From contig CAXHJY010001379.1 in the NCBI GenBank assembly GCA_964016885.1, positions 1 through 64,000 of the forward strand: 64,000 nt of DNA. The letters are read 5' to 3'. The position numbers and the translations under genes are program-made. Shown here one piece after another: positions 11,673 through 22,723 of this stretch. The notes beneath the pieces were generated by a model. The model ran no database searches, was not told the DNA's origin, and saw nothing but the letters and a program-made list of their open reading frames with translations. Within the stretch, counting starts at the first letter, position 1. The number at the start of each line of letters is the position of its first letter. This DNA comes from Eledone cirrhosa (taxonomy: Eukaryota).

Positions 11673-13440
11673 AGATGAATATAGAAAAGAGGTAGGTAGG
11701 GAGTTGGTCCTTCTGGTTTGGTGTAGCTGTAGGGTTCATGAAAGCAGACACATGACTATGGAAGAGAGAGAGAGAGAGGGAGGGAGAGAGAGAGAGAGAG
11801 AGGGAGGTGGTTCTTTTTGGTTTTGTGTAGCTGTAGGGTTCATGAAAGCAGACACATGACTATGGAAGAGAGAGAGAGAGATAGGGAGGTGGTCCTTTTG
11901 GTTTAGTATAGCTGTAGGGTTCATGAAAGCAGACACGTGACTATGGAAGAGAGAGAGAGAGATAGGGAGGTGGTCCTTTTGGTTTGGTGTAGCTGTAGGG
12001 TTCATGAAAGCAGACACATGACTATGGAAGAGAGAGATATAGGGAGAGAGAGAGATAGGGAGGTGGTCCTTTTGGTTTGGTATAGCTGTAGGGCTGATGA
12101 AGAGATAGATGAATATAGAAGAGAGAGAGAAGTAGGTAAGGAGTTGGTCCTTATAAATTGATATAGCTCTAGGGCTGATAAAGACAGACCCATGAATATA
12201 GGAGAGAGAAGTAGTAGGGAGTTGGTCATCTTGGTTTGGTACAGTTGTAGGGTTCATAAAGACAGACCCATGAATATAGGAGAGAGGTAGAAAGCGAGTT
12301 GGTCTTTTGGGCTTGGTATAACTGTAGGGCTGAAGAAGAGATAGATGAATACAGGAGAGAGAGAGAAGTAGTAAGGAGTTAATCCTTTTGGTTTGGTATA
12401 GCTGTAGGGTTCATAAAGACAGACAGATGAATATGGGAGAGAGAGAAGTAGTAGGGAGTTAGTCCTTTTGGTTTGGTATAGCTGTAGGGTTCATAAAAAC
12501 AGACAGATGAATATGGGAGAGAGAGAGAAGTAGTAGGGAGTTAGTCCTTTTAGTTTGGTATAGCTGTAGGGTTCATAAAGACAGACAGATGAATATGGGA
12601 GAGAGAGAGAGAAGTAGTAGGGAGTTAGTCCTTTTGGTTTGGTATAGCTGTAGGGTTCATAAAGACAGACAGATGAATATGGGAGAGAGAGAGAGAAGTA
12701 GTAGGGAGTTAGTCCTTTTGGTTTGGTATAGCTGTAGGGTTCATAAAGACAGACAGATGAATATGGGAGAGAGAGAGAAGTAGTAGGGAGTTAGTCCTTT
12801 TAGTTTGGTATAGCTGTAGGGTTCATAAAGACAGACAGATGAATATGGGAGAGAGAGAGAGAGAGAGAAGTAGTATGGAGTTAGTCCTTTTGGTTTGGTA
12901 TAGCTGTAGGGTTCATAAAGACAGACAGATGAATATGGGAGAGAGAGAGAGAAGTAGTAGGGAGTTAGTCCTTTTGGTTTGGTATAGCTGTATGGTTCAT
13001 AAAGACAGACAGATGAATATGGGAGAGAGAGAGAAGTAGTAGGGAGTTAGTCCTTTTAGTTTGGTATAGCTGTAGGGTTCATAAAGACAGACAGATGAAT
13101 ATAGGAGAGAGAGAGAAGTAGTAGGGAGTTAGTCCTTTTAGTTTGGTATAGCTGTAGGGCTGATAGAGATAGATGAATATAGGAGTGAGAGAGGTTGGGA
13201 GTTAGTCCTTCTGGTTTAGTACAGCTGTAGGGCTGATAAAGAGATAGATGAATATACGAGGGAAAGAGAGAGAGAAAGGTAGGTAGGTGGTGATTTGGTC
13301 CTTTTGGTTTGGTATAACAGTAGGGCTGATAAAGACAGACAGATGAATATGAGAGATGAAGAGGTAGGTAGGGAGGTAGGGAGGTGGTCCTTTTGGTTTG
13401 GTATAGCTGTAGGGCTAATAGAGATAGATGAAGGTAGATG
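11673..13440. repeat. Tandem array of 21 units (mostly 80-84 bp, range 73-104) derived from the DRG1 intron 7/exon 8 acceptor junction
   Basis: Unit core on the minus strand is CCCTACAG|CTATACCAAACCAAAAGGAC, versus the true junction CTCCACAG|CTATACCAAACCGAAAGGCC. Units differ mainly in (GA)n length. Confidence 0.93.
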
Positions 13441-13471
13441 TAGATAGAGAGAGAGGTAGGTAATAACTTAC

Positions 13472-13584
13472 ATTCGAACCAGCTGTAAATATTCCCAGAG
13501 TCTCTCAAGAAGGTCATCAAAATTCCATTTGTGGTGAGCAGATAATGGTACACAATGGGGGATTTTGTATATAATGTCTAACTC
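13472..13584 (-). CDS. DRG1: DRG1 exon 7 ([38 protein letters not shown])
   Basis: Acceptor ttcag|, donor AT|GTAAGT; G5-region SA motif. Confidence 0.95.
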
Positions 13585-13599
13585 CTGAAATAGAAGAAT

Positions 13600-14030
13600 G
13601 GAAACAATAATATTTAAAAAGAGTAAAAATTATTTTCAAATCCAACATCAATGCGAGAAATCTTGTCACTGCAATGAATATCTAGGCAGTTGCAGAGGTT
13701 AGATATAGTGCATCCATTCTCAGGTCGACTGAACAAAAAATAGCCAAGATGGAGAAAAAGACGAGAAAGTTAATGGCATTGTATGGAGCTTTAAACCCCA
13801 AAGCAAATATAAACAAAGAATGGTGGTAGAGGTTTCATCAATGTGGATTGTTGTATAAAGAATGAAAGGAGAACGCTTGCAGAATTTGGTAAACAATGAC
13901 GAAGAGTTGTTGCAATATGCAGCAGAAGATATGGGTATAAAATGCAGATGAAATGGTTGGTAAGGAAGAGTTTAATCAAAGAATTGAAGAGAAAAGAAAT
14001 GAAGACCTTCTGGAAATGAGAATCGTTGGA
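13600..14030 (+). mobile_element. Decayed R4/Dong-like LINE fragment filling DRG1 intron 6
   Basis: [46 protein letters not shown] and GGRG motifs, with stops and frameshifts. Confidence 0.65.
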
Positions 14031-14060
14031 AATTTCCCTGTAAAATGGTAGTTAACTTAC

Positions 14061-14246
14061 CTCCACTGATATCTGATCAATTTTATTGAGTACATAGATA
14101 CAAGGGATATAGACACGGTTGCCCTCGACGACATCAATCAAATCTTCTGCCGTTGCATCGTAGCGCAACACAATATCAGCGTTGTGGATTCGATATTCTC
14201 CGAGGATCGTCTTTACTGTATCCAAGTCCAGTTCAGACTGGGAAGC
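14061..14246 (-). CDS. DRG1: DRG1 exon 6 ([15 protein letters not shown]...[11 protein letters not shown])
   Basis: Acceptor ccag|, donor GAG|GTAAGT; contains [22 protein letters not shown] and G4 NKID. Not represented in the ORF track. Confidence 0.96.
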
Positions 14247-14511
14247 CTGGAAAACAAATCAGACAAAACAGTGTAGGAAGACTAGAGACGAAATGTTACT
14301 GTTGTTGTTAATGTAATCATTGTTTAGCTCCATAGTGGGCCAGACAGAGCTATTATGAAAGTCATTCAAGCCACAACCAACCCACTTTACAGGGCGAACT
14401 GGATTATCTATATATATATCCACCTGTGTACATATTTTTCTATAGAATAGGTATTTGGTATATATACAATATACTGTGTTTCTTATACGATAAATGGCTC
14501 TTTCTCTCCCT

Positions 14512-14849
14512 ATCATCATCATCATTTCATTTTACGTCCGCTTTTCCCCTGCTTGCAAGGGTGGGACGGGAACTGGTTCTGGCTTGATTTCTACAGCTGG
14601 ATGCCCTTCCTAACACCAACCTCATTTACAGTAAGTGCTTTTTTGCCGTGGCGCCTCCACGACCACTTTGCAGTGGAATGATAGGGACCGCAATCCCTAT
14701 CATCTCATTTCTACAGCTGAGTAAACTGGAGCAATGTGAAATAAAGTGTCTTGCTCAAGGAAACAACACATCACCCGGTCTGAGAATTGAACTCACAACC
14801 TTTCGATTGCAAGGCCAATGCTCTAACCACTAAGCCATGTGCCTCCATA
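14512..14849 (-). mobile_element. SINE family B copy (near-identical copy at 22118-22459 -)
   Basis: The two copies give the same spurious ORF (..ISFLQLSKLEQCEIKCLAQGNNTSPG..) in the ORF track. Confidence 0.82.
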
Positions 14850-15097
14850 TATATATATACATATATTAAACGATGATGATGATGATGGTATGCACATCTT
14901 TATGGGACACTGTATAAGTATATATATATATATATATATATATAGTCCAAGGCAAAAAGAAGACACACATGAAGAACAATAACACAAAATCTATTAATTT
15001 CATGCTTTATAGAAAAGGAAAAAGAGCATGTTTCGACAGGAATGATACCATACCACAGAAGAGATAACCATTTCTCTGGAGCTAGATAGACACTCAC

Positions 15098-15267
15098 CGT
15101 AAATGTGAGGTTAATGCCACCTTTGTCTTTCCGTCGGAAATGGATGTTTGGTGGAGACTTGTTCAATCGGATTCCGAACCCTTCCAGTTCGTATTCTATA
15201 AGCTTCTTATGTTGTAAAGGTTTTAATACATCCAGGACGATGAAGATCAAGCTGCAGGTTCGGGCAA
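15098..15267 (-). CDS. DRG1: DRG1 exon 5 ([13 protein letters not shown]...KGGINLTFT)
   Basis: Acceptor catag|, donor ACG|GTGAGT; conserved [15 protein letters not shown]. Confidence 0.96.
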
Positions 15268-15819
15268 CTATGGAAGAGATAAGTAAATAAATTAATATAC
15301 AGGAAAGGACGGTGAGTTGGATCCGGAGTATCGAGACTAATAATGATTAGTTGCATAACCACTATCAGTTAGTCAATATATTGATTTATCATGATCAAAA
15401 TCAACCTTCTGAAATGATCATAAAACAATGAATTGATTAAGCATCAATCCTCGCCTTTTGTTTTCATTATTCAATACACACACACACACATATATATATA
15501 TATAAATATATATATATAACAATGAAAACAAAAGCGAAGACTGGTGGAATCCCCTAGGTGGCGCTGGCCTTGAACTTTCTATTAATAGCTGTGCTTTCAA
15601 AATGTTTATTTATTAAACATACCATATATCTTTAGAAATACGAAATTCACATACATATATGTATACAGCTATGCCGAAGCTAAATTTTAATTCTACTTTT
15701 AATTCGAGCAAGCTTGTACAGCTTCGTATGCAAAATGAAGCTAATCAGCCCACCTACACAGGCAAAAAAAAATTTATATTTTCGCCTGACTCAAATTCCA
15801 GCAGTAAACAACGGAAAGC

Positions 15820-15860
15820 ATTGTCCTGATGAGAACCAAAGTTCGAAATGCACAGACAAT
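15820..15860 (+). ncRNA. Second-family minimal type I hammerhead motif
   Basis: ATTGTC-CTGATGA-GAAC-CAAA-GTTC-GAAA-TGCA-CA-GACAAT: perfect 6-bp stem I and 4-bp stem II; cleavage-site U replaced by C. Lies between about 65-bp direct repeats (15587-15656 and 15922-15988). Confidence 0.68.
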
Positions 15861-16227
15861 TATCCTCCGCTGCTTCTACTAGAATCTGCTAGACAGCGTT
15901 GGTCATCAGCCTTCTACTTTCAGCTGGGCTTTCAAAATGTTTATTAATTAAACACCGTATATCTTTAGATATACGAAATTCACATACACACACACAGACA
16001 CATTCACGTGCTCAAGTATAGCTCTTTTTTACAAAACGTTTTTTTTTTCCATTTCAGGTAGACGCGCGCCATCATCCACTTTTCTAAAAGACAAATCATA
16101 CACAAAATGCCAGCACCAACAGTTTGGCAAGAGATGTCAACATGAATAGACCTACTATTTTTATCTACAGACATTTTTTCCAATTCCATCCCGCCCGTCC
16201 CCTTAATATATTTTATTTCTCATTCTT

Positions 16228-16263
16228 TCTTCTGATGAAGGACTAGCGTCTGAAACGTTAAGA
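16228..16263 (+). ncRNA. Minimal type I hammerhead ribozyme motif (slightly degenerate)
   Basis: TCTT-CTGATGA-A-GGAC-TAGC-GTCT-GAAA-CG-TT-AAGA: stem I TCTT/AAGA, stem II, conserved core, palindromic mini stem III. Confidence 0.7.
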
Positions 16264-16724
16264 CCCTCTTCCTGCTATATCAAGTGTTAACCTAATATAT
16301 ACCTTCCATATACTGTACCGATTGTGTTGTTATTTCTGTTTACCTTTTACATACATATATATATATATATCAATCAATACATAAATAAGTCAATATTATC
16401 ATCATCAACATCAATTAACGTCCGCATTCCCTGCTAGCAAGGGTGGGATGAGTCTTCACAGACCGAGTCAGTGCTGAAGTGGGGGTACAGACCTAGCAGA
16501 CAGGCAGAAGGGTCTACATCTCACTTACATACAGTTCCACACTCTACTGAGTGTATTTTATGCTGGCACTAGCACAAGAGAAGTTGTCTTGTTTTTGACA
16601 CAACTGAAGGTCCTCCCAACCCTTTGTTTGGTAAGCATTCTACACCTGGAAACCCTTCCTATCACCAACCACTTTACAGAGATTTTAAATAGATTGTAAA
16701 AATAAAATAAAACTTTGCAGTTAC

Positions 16725-16794
16725 CTGCGATAACTTGTTTTCCTCTTCCTTTACCATCCTTGGCACCCTCAATAATACCAGGTAAATCTAATAA
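16725..16794 (-). CDS. DRG1: DRG1 exon 4 ([23 protein letters not shown])
   Basis: Acceptor ttcag|, donor G|GTAACT; G3 motif DLPG. Confidence 0.96.
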
Positions 16795-17649
16795 CTGAAA
16801 TAACAGAAACAATAATAATAATAATGGTTTCTTATATAGGCACAAGGCCAGCAATTTAAAGGAGAAGGGAAAGTTGATTAAATCGACCCCAGTGCATTAC
16901 TGGTGCTTTAATATTAATGATTTCTAGTAGAGGCACAAGGCCAGTAATTTGGGGGGAGGAGAAAGTCGATTAAATCAACCCCAGTATGTTACTGGTACTT
17001 TATTTTATCGACCCCGTCCCATAAAAATGAAAGGCAAAGTTAACCTCAGCGGGATTTGAACCCAGACCGTAAAGGACCGTAACTATGCTGCCAATCCACT
17101 GCCCTTGGTGCTTTAATAAAAAATGTTTCTATTTTTTGTACAAGGCCAGCAATTATCAGTGCATCACTGGTACTTTATTTTATTGACTCCGTAAGGATGA
17201 AAGGCCAAGTTAACCTCAGCAGGATTTGAACTCAGATCGCAAAGGGTCGTAACTCTGTGCGACAAAGCATGGCGTCCGACCCTCTACCGATACTGCCAAT
17301 GAAACTGAAAAGTCCATTTGCAAGTGGGTTATATTGCCAAAGTAATAATCAGAGGTGAAAGAAAGGACAAATGATTGAAAGTTCCCATAGATATTTATTA
17401 TTCCTAAAATCTTTCAGATTAACCATCCATAATTGGCAGGGAGCTTCGGAGAAAAAAAAACCAAGAATTCTCTTCTTGGTGGCCATATATTTTTTTATTT
17501 TTGAATAACGGTTTGTGTTAGGTTTCAATTGCACAGGTACAAAATAAGCATGTGTTGTTAATGTTTATATGTATCGGTTTGACTATGTATGCAAAAGAGT
17601 ATGTAAGTATGTATATGACATGGGTGTGCATATGTATATGACATGGGTG

Positions 17650-19951
17650 CACCATATATTTTTATCATCTGCCTCGACTATGTATTGAGAAAAGCCCTGG
17701 ACGAAAACTTAGAGCTTGGTTTCACTCTCACAAAGCGAAAGTGTAGGCACCATACAGCTCAGAAAATCACTGATGCTGACTATGCGGATGATTTAGCGGT
17801 CCTCGCTGACTACCTTAACCCTTTAGCATTCACATTGAATTGCCAAATGTCATGTTCATCTATTCGCATTATTTTCACTTAATTATACTCAAGAGGGTTA
17901 TCAATTTTATTTGTTTGTAAATTTTATTTGTTTGAAATTTTGTCAGTAGATGTTTAAATAACTATAATATACAATTATATATTTTTACCTTATTTTTTTT
18001 GTTAAATTTGACTTTTATGGGCAGGTGAAATTAATTAACAGGTGTAAAAGTAATAGCTTTATGGATAAACACAAAAATTTAAACTTTATCTGCCTTATCT
18101 GTTAGATTTGTTGCAAAAAAATCCAATAATGATCTAGATGCTGATTTCCATCAATTCTAGCAGTTTTCCGAACAGGTGAATTAATTAAAAATGCAGGTGT
18201 AATCAGTACAAGGTTTTAGTCTTTCTCTACATTCCAGGCAAATATTTTCATTGAAAAAAATGTATAAAATTTTTTCACCAGTCAAAATAATATTGGCAAT
18301 GCACTCTGTAAATGTACGGTGTAAAATTACGTAACAGAAAGTTCCCAATATATAAGTTTATATACACTTTTAAATTTTTCTGACATTTCAATTAATGGTC
18401 GTGTAGAGTGGGTCGTAATTTGATTCATTTCTACCAGGGGCATTTGAAGTATCAACCAGGTGCAAATACTGGTTTAATTTGATGAATCTTGTTTTTGCCA
18501 TAATACTAGATATATAGGGGTCACCAAACCTTATATCAGTGCTCCAATAATTCCAGTCGTGGAAATTGTTTAATACCAAACATAATATTTATGGTAAAAA
18601 ACGCTTTCATTTCGGCAGAATCTGTCGGACGCCATAACAGATCGGGTTTTCCGATATTAGAAATTTGTTGTTGTGCATAGCGATTTGCCACAACTTCGAA
18701 GAAAGTTTGTGGTAAAAATAAAAAATAATAATCCAGTGCTTTAGCATCGGGTGGTAATGTGTGTTGTGGTCCAATATTTTCAGTAAAATCCAAAACATGT
18801 ATCGATGTTGTTTCTTTCAACCACGTTGGTGTTTTTTCAATGGTGTCAGTCAAATCTTCTCTTTCACTTTCAAAGTGACTATCAGATATATCAGAAATAA
18901 ATATATCTGATTCGTTTGAAGATAAATCACTGATATTATCTTCTGTTTCTTTTTGATCTCGAATGTCGTCGGACGTAAAACCTTCAAATTCGTTGTCGCT
19001 ACTTTCGGAAGCCATGTTACACTTTCAACGTTAAAAACACATGTTTTCGCAAGTTCTTTAACTATACTAAGAGTTAATTTTCGTGCGTAAGGACTTTATC
19101 TCGCAGTAATCTCGAATTAACGAGATTTCGATGATGTCAATGTTTATTTTTAGAAGATCTCCGTGTGTTATTAAATGTCGGTTTTTGTCGGTTTGAATAA
19201 ATGAAAGGGGACATAATCTTGTCGGTTTGAATGCTAAAGGGTTAAGGATGTAACATCACTACTTCATAGCATCGAATCAGTTGCAAAGGAAATCGGACTC
19301 TATGTCAACGCAGGCAAAACAGAATATATTTGCCTGAACCAAGACTCCACAGTTGGTATGCAAAGTCTAAACGGCGATACAATCAAGCAAGTTGACGACT
19401 TCAAATACCTGGGTAGCTATATCGCCTCCACAGAACATGATGTTAACATCAGACTGGGAAAAGCCTGGGGAGCATTGAATGCAATGGAAAAGATATGGAA
19501 ATCAAACCTGCCGGCCAAACTGAAAAGGAATTTCTTCAGAGCTGCTGTGGAGTCTGTGCTTGTTTATGGCTCTATCACTTGGACGCTAACGTCGAAACTG
19601 GAGAAAAAGCTAGACGGGGCATACACACGTATGCTCTGCGCTGCTTTAAACATGTCTTGGAGGGAACACCCAACAAATAAGGATCTCTATGGCAATATAC
19701 CACCTATCAGCAGGTCAATACGTGGACAGAGATTTGCTGGCCACTGTTGGCGCAGTAAGGAAGAAATAGTAGGTGATGTGTTGTTATGGAGTCCATCTCA
19801 TGGAGCAAGAAACGCTGGTCGTCCCAAGAAGACATACGTCAAGCAACTTGAGGACGATACTGGATGCACTGCGGAAGAACTGGCAAACGCTATGAGAGAC
19901 AGAGATGGGTGGAGGAAACATGTCGTAGAAAGCCGAGCAAGCTCGACCTGA
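17650..19951 (+). mobile_element. 5'-truncated RTE-clade LINE (RT fragment), split by the piggyBac insertion
   Basis: APYIFIICLDYVLR and DADYADDL (17650-17814) continue in frame at 19246 through KTEY, FKYLGS, ESVLVYG, FAGHCWR and GRPKKTY. Confidence 0.9.
17819..19241 (-). mobile_element. Defective piggyBac DNA transposon
   Basis: TTAA at 17815-17818 and 19242-19245; 14-bp TIR CCCTTTAGCATTCA. Frameshifted and deleted transposase (ORFs 18536..19015 and 18388..18579: acidic N-terminus, W.PTDSAEMKAFF, YWSTD, MAKTRFIKLNQYLHL, DPLY). Confidence 0.92.
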
Positions 19952-20049
19952 TGTGCATATGAATATAGGAAATGTCTGTGTGAGTATATAAATGCTTATG
20001 TATGTGTGTAAATGCAGTGACATATGTAGAATGGATCAGGCTAGATCAG

Positions 20050-20368
20050 CCACAGTGCTTCATTCCTTTCCATTCTATTATTAATGGAGGGTTCAAGTTG
20101 TTTAACCAAGAAAGCCTCTTTGATTCTCAGGATGACTACACTGCATTTAGTAGCCAAGATGATGGTGGCTATTTTTTTTTATCCTTGTTTTTTGCATTTG
20201 AGGATATGTTTGCAGAACGATGGGGAATTAGTGGTGACGTATTCTTTTATTGAGGTGCAAGGATTGAATAGTGTTGCCAATGTAGAATTAGCTGCACTTA
20301 CCATATTTCAACCTGTACACCACGTAGGCACACAGGCGATAATTAGTGCTGTGGATGGGGCAATTGCT
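20050..20368 (-). mobile_element. Penelope-like element GIY-YIG endonuclease remnant
   Basis: The minus strand reads VVYRLKYGKCS*FYIGNTIQSL and KEAFLVKQLEPSINNRME. Confidence 0.72.
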
Positions 20369-20758
20369 TAGGGATTAAATTGATCCCAATACTTGACCAG
20401 TACTATTTTATTGCTCTCAGTAGGATGAGGGGCAAAGTTGACCTGGGCAATGTTTGAACTCAGAATGTTAAGAGGCAAAATTGGGTGAGGGGAAATAAAT
20501 ATAGAAAGGAGGGGGCAGAAGATAATAGAGTGAGAAAGGGAGAGAATGAGAGAGAAAAAGTAAATGGTGGAAAGAGAGAGAGAAAGAGATTGTTGGAGAG
20601 AGAGGATGGTAAGAGAGAGAGTAAATGATTCTTTCTGATTTAGGCACAAGGCCAACAATTTGGGGAAAGAGGAAAGTTGATTAAATGACCCCACTGTTAC
20701 TGGTACTTTATTTTATCGACCCCATAGAGATGAAAGGAGACTAAATAATAAAACCTAC

Positions 20759-20889
20759 CTGAATTTTGGCTCCTTTGTAACGAATGACACCTGGCACTGT
20801 AGTTAGAGTGGTGAACTCGTAAGCTGCTACCTCTGAGTAGACACCAGCTAGGTTACTTAGTAGGGTGGACTTCCCAACTGAAGGAAAAC
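20759..20889 (-). CDS. DRG1: DRG1 exon 3 (G1 P-loop GFPSVGKST...KGAKIQ)
   Basis: Acceptor ttctag|GT, donor CAG|GTAGGT; encodes the P-loop and switch I YEFTT. Confidence 0.96.
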
Positions 20890-21049
20890 CTAGAAAGGAA
20901 GAGGTGAGAGTGAGTGTGTGATGAAAGTGTGTATAAGAGTGAGTGTGAGAAAACAGAGTGGACTTCAGAAACATGAGGAACACCTAGAGAGAAAGAGAAA
21001 GTGTGAGTGACAGTGAGAGAAGAGTAAACTACCAAATTATTTGGCAGTT

Positions 21050-21412
21050 CACTCTTTCTTTAGAAATATGGTAATGAAAGGGTTAAAGACACAGGGAGTC
21101 CAGTCTTTCATTAGAAATATGGTAATGAAAGGATTAAAGACATAAGCAGTGTCTTTCATTAGAAATATAGTAATGGAAGGGTTAATGACATAAGTAGTGT
21201 CTTTCATTAGAAATGTGATAACAAAAGGGTTAAAGACATAGAGTAACATTAGAAATACAGTAACAAAAGGGTTGAAGACATAAACAATGTCTTTTATTAG
21301 AAATATGGTAATGAAAAGGTTAATGACGTAGACATTAGAATTATGGTGAGAAAAGAGTTAAAGACATCGGCAGTCCTGTCTTTCATTAGAAATATGGTGA
21401 TGAAGGGGTTAA
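21050..21412. repeat. About 35-45-bp minisatellite in DRG1 intron 2, about 9 copies
   Basis: Unit tctttcattagaaatatggtaatgaaagggttaaagaca; ends about 10 nt from the exon 2 donor. Confidence 0.88.
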
Positions 21413-21423
21413 AAAATACCAAC

Positions 21424-21589
21424 CTACGAAACCAATCCGGGCATCTCCAGTCTTGGCAACATCAAATCCCTCGCCACCTCCTCCACCGCCACCTTTTGGT
21501 TCAATAAGCTCTCGTCTCAGTTTAGCTAGACGGGCTTTCAATAGACCCAAATGACCCATGGTTGCTTTGTTCCTCTGAGTCCTGGCCAT
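21424..21589 (-). CDS. DRG1: DRG1 exon 2 ([10 protein letters not shown]...DARIGFV)
   Basis: Acceptor tag|ATG, donor G|GTTGGT; highly conserved DRG sequence. Confidence 0.96.
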
Positions 21590-22554
21590 CTAAATAACAA
21601 ACAAGCATAATATTAATCATAATAAGTGTTTCTACTTTTGGCAATTACCCAGTACATTACTGGTACTTTATTTTATCGACCCCGTAAGGATGAAAGGCAA
21701 AGTTAACCCCCACGGGATTTGAACTCTGACCATAAAGGGACGTAGCTATGCTAGAAAGCATGGCGTCCGACCCTCTACCGATACTGCCAGTTCACCGCCC
21801 TTAATAATAATCATAATAATAATAATGGTTTCTACTATAGGCACAAGGCTAGCAATTACCCAAGTGCATTACTGGTGCTTTATTTTATCAACCCCGAATG
21901 GATGAACGGCAAAGTTATAATAATAATAATAATTTCAACATTGTTGACCACATAAACTTTTAAATTTAGCACTTGAGCACCCAGATAACCCATGCCAGCA
22001 TAGAAATGTCAACATAAAAGCAAAATATGTATGTACATATATATATGTGTGTGCGTATGTACATATATATCTGTATATATATATACATGTATAATAATAT
22101 ATATATATATATTATTTCATCATCATCATTTCATTTTATGTCCGCTTTTTCCCTGCTTGCAAGGGTGGGACAGGAACTGATTCTGGCTTGATTTCTACAG
22201 CTGGATGCCCTTCCTAACACCAACCTCATTTACAGTGAGTGCTGGGTGCTGTTTTGCCGTGGGCACCTCCACGACCACTTTGCAGTGGAATGATAGGGAC
22301 CCCAGTCCCTATCATCTCATTTCTACAGCTGAGTAAACTGGAGCAATGTGAAATAAAGTGTCTTGCTCAAGGAAACAACACATCACCCGGTCTGAGAATT
22401 GAACTCACAACCTTTCGATTGCAAGGCCAATGCTCTAACCACTAAGCCATGTGCCTCCATATATATATATATATATACACAGAAATAACAACACAAGCGG
22501 TACAGTATATAGAGGGAATATATTAATTTAACTCTTGAAATAGCAGGAAGAGGG

Positions 22555-22589
22555 TATAATGTTTCGGACGCTAGTCCTTCATCAGAAGA
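22555..22589 (-). ncRNA. Minimal hammerhead ribozyme motif (core and stem II perfect, stems III and I decayed)
   Basis: Minus strand TCTT-CTGATGA-A-GGAC-TAGC-GTCC-GAAAC-ATT. Confidence 0.6.
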
Positions 22590-22667
22590 AAGAAGGAATG
22601 GGCAGGGTGGAATCAGAAAAAATGTTTTTAGAGAAAAATAACAGGTCCATTTATGTTGCCATCTCTT

Positions 22668-22723
<56 letters not shown>

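Noticed and set aside
11673-13440. CRISPR array or set of mutually exclusive alternative exons
   Set aside because: The variable parts are only (GA)n length changes. Units copy only ~30 nt of exon 8 and have no obvious strong donor, so they are not full duplicated exons.
18388-19015. Domesticated PGBD host gene
   Set aside because: It is frameshifted, truncated before the catalytic DDD core, and still bounded by TIRs and TTAA, so it is a defective transposon.
19358-19951. Independent 197-aa protein-coding gene
   Set aside because: It is the C-terminal part of an RTE LINE ORF lying antisense in a DRG1 intron.
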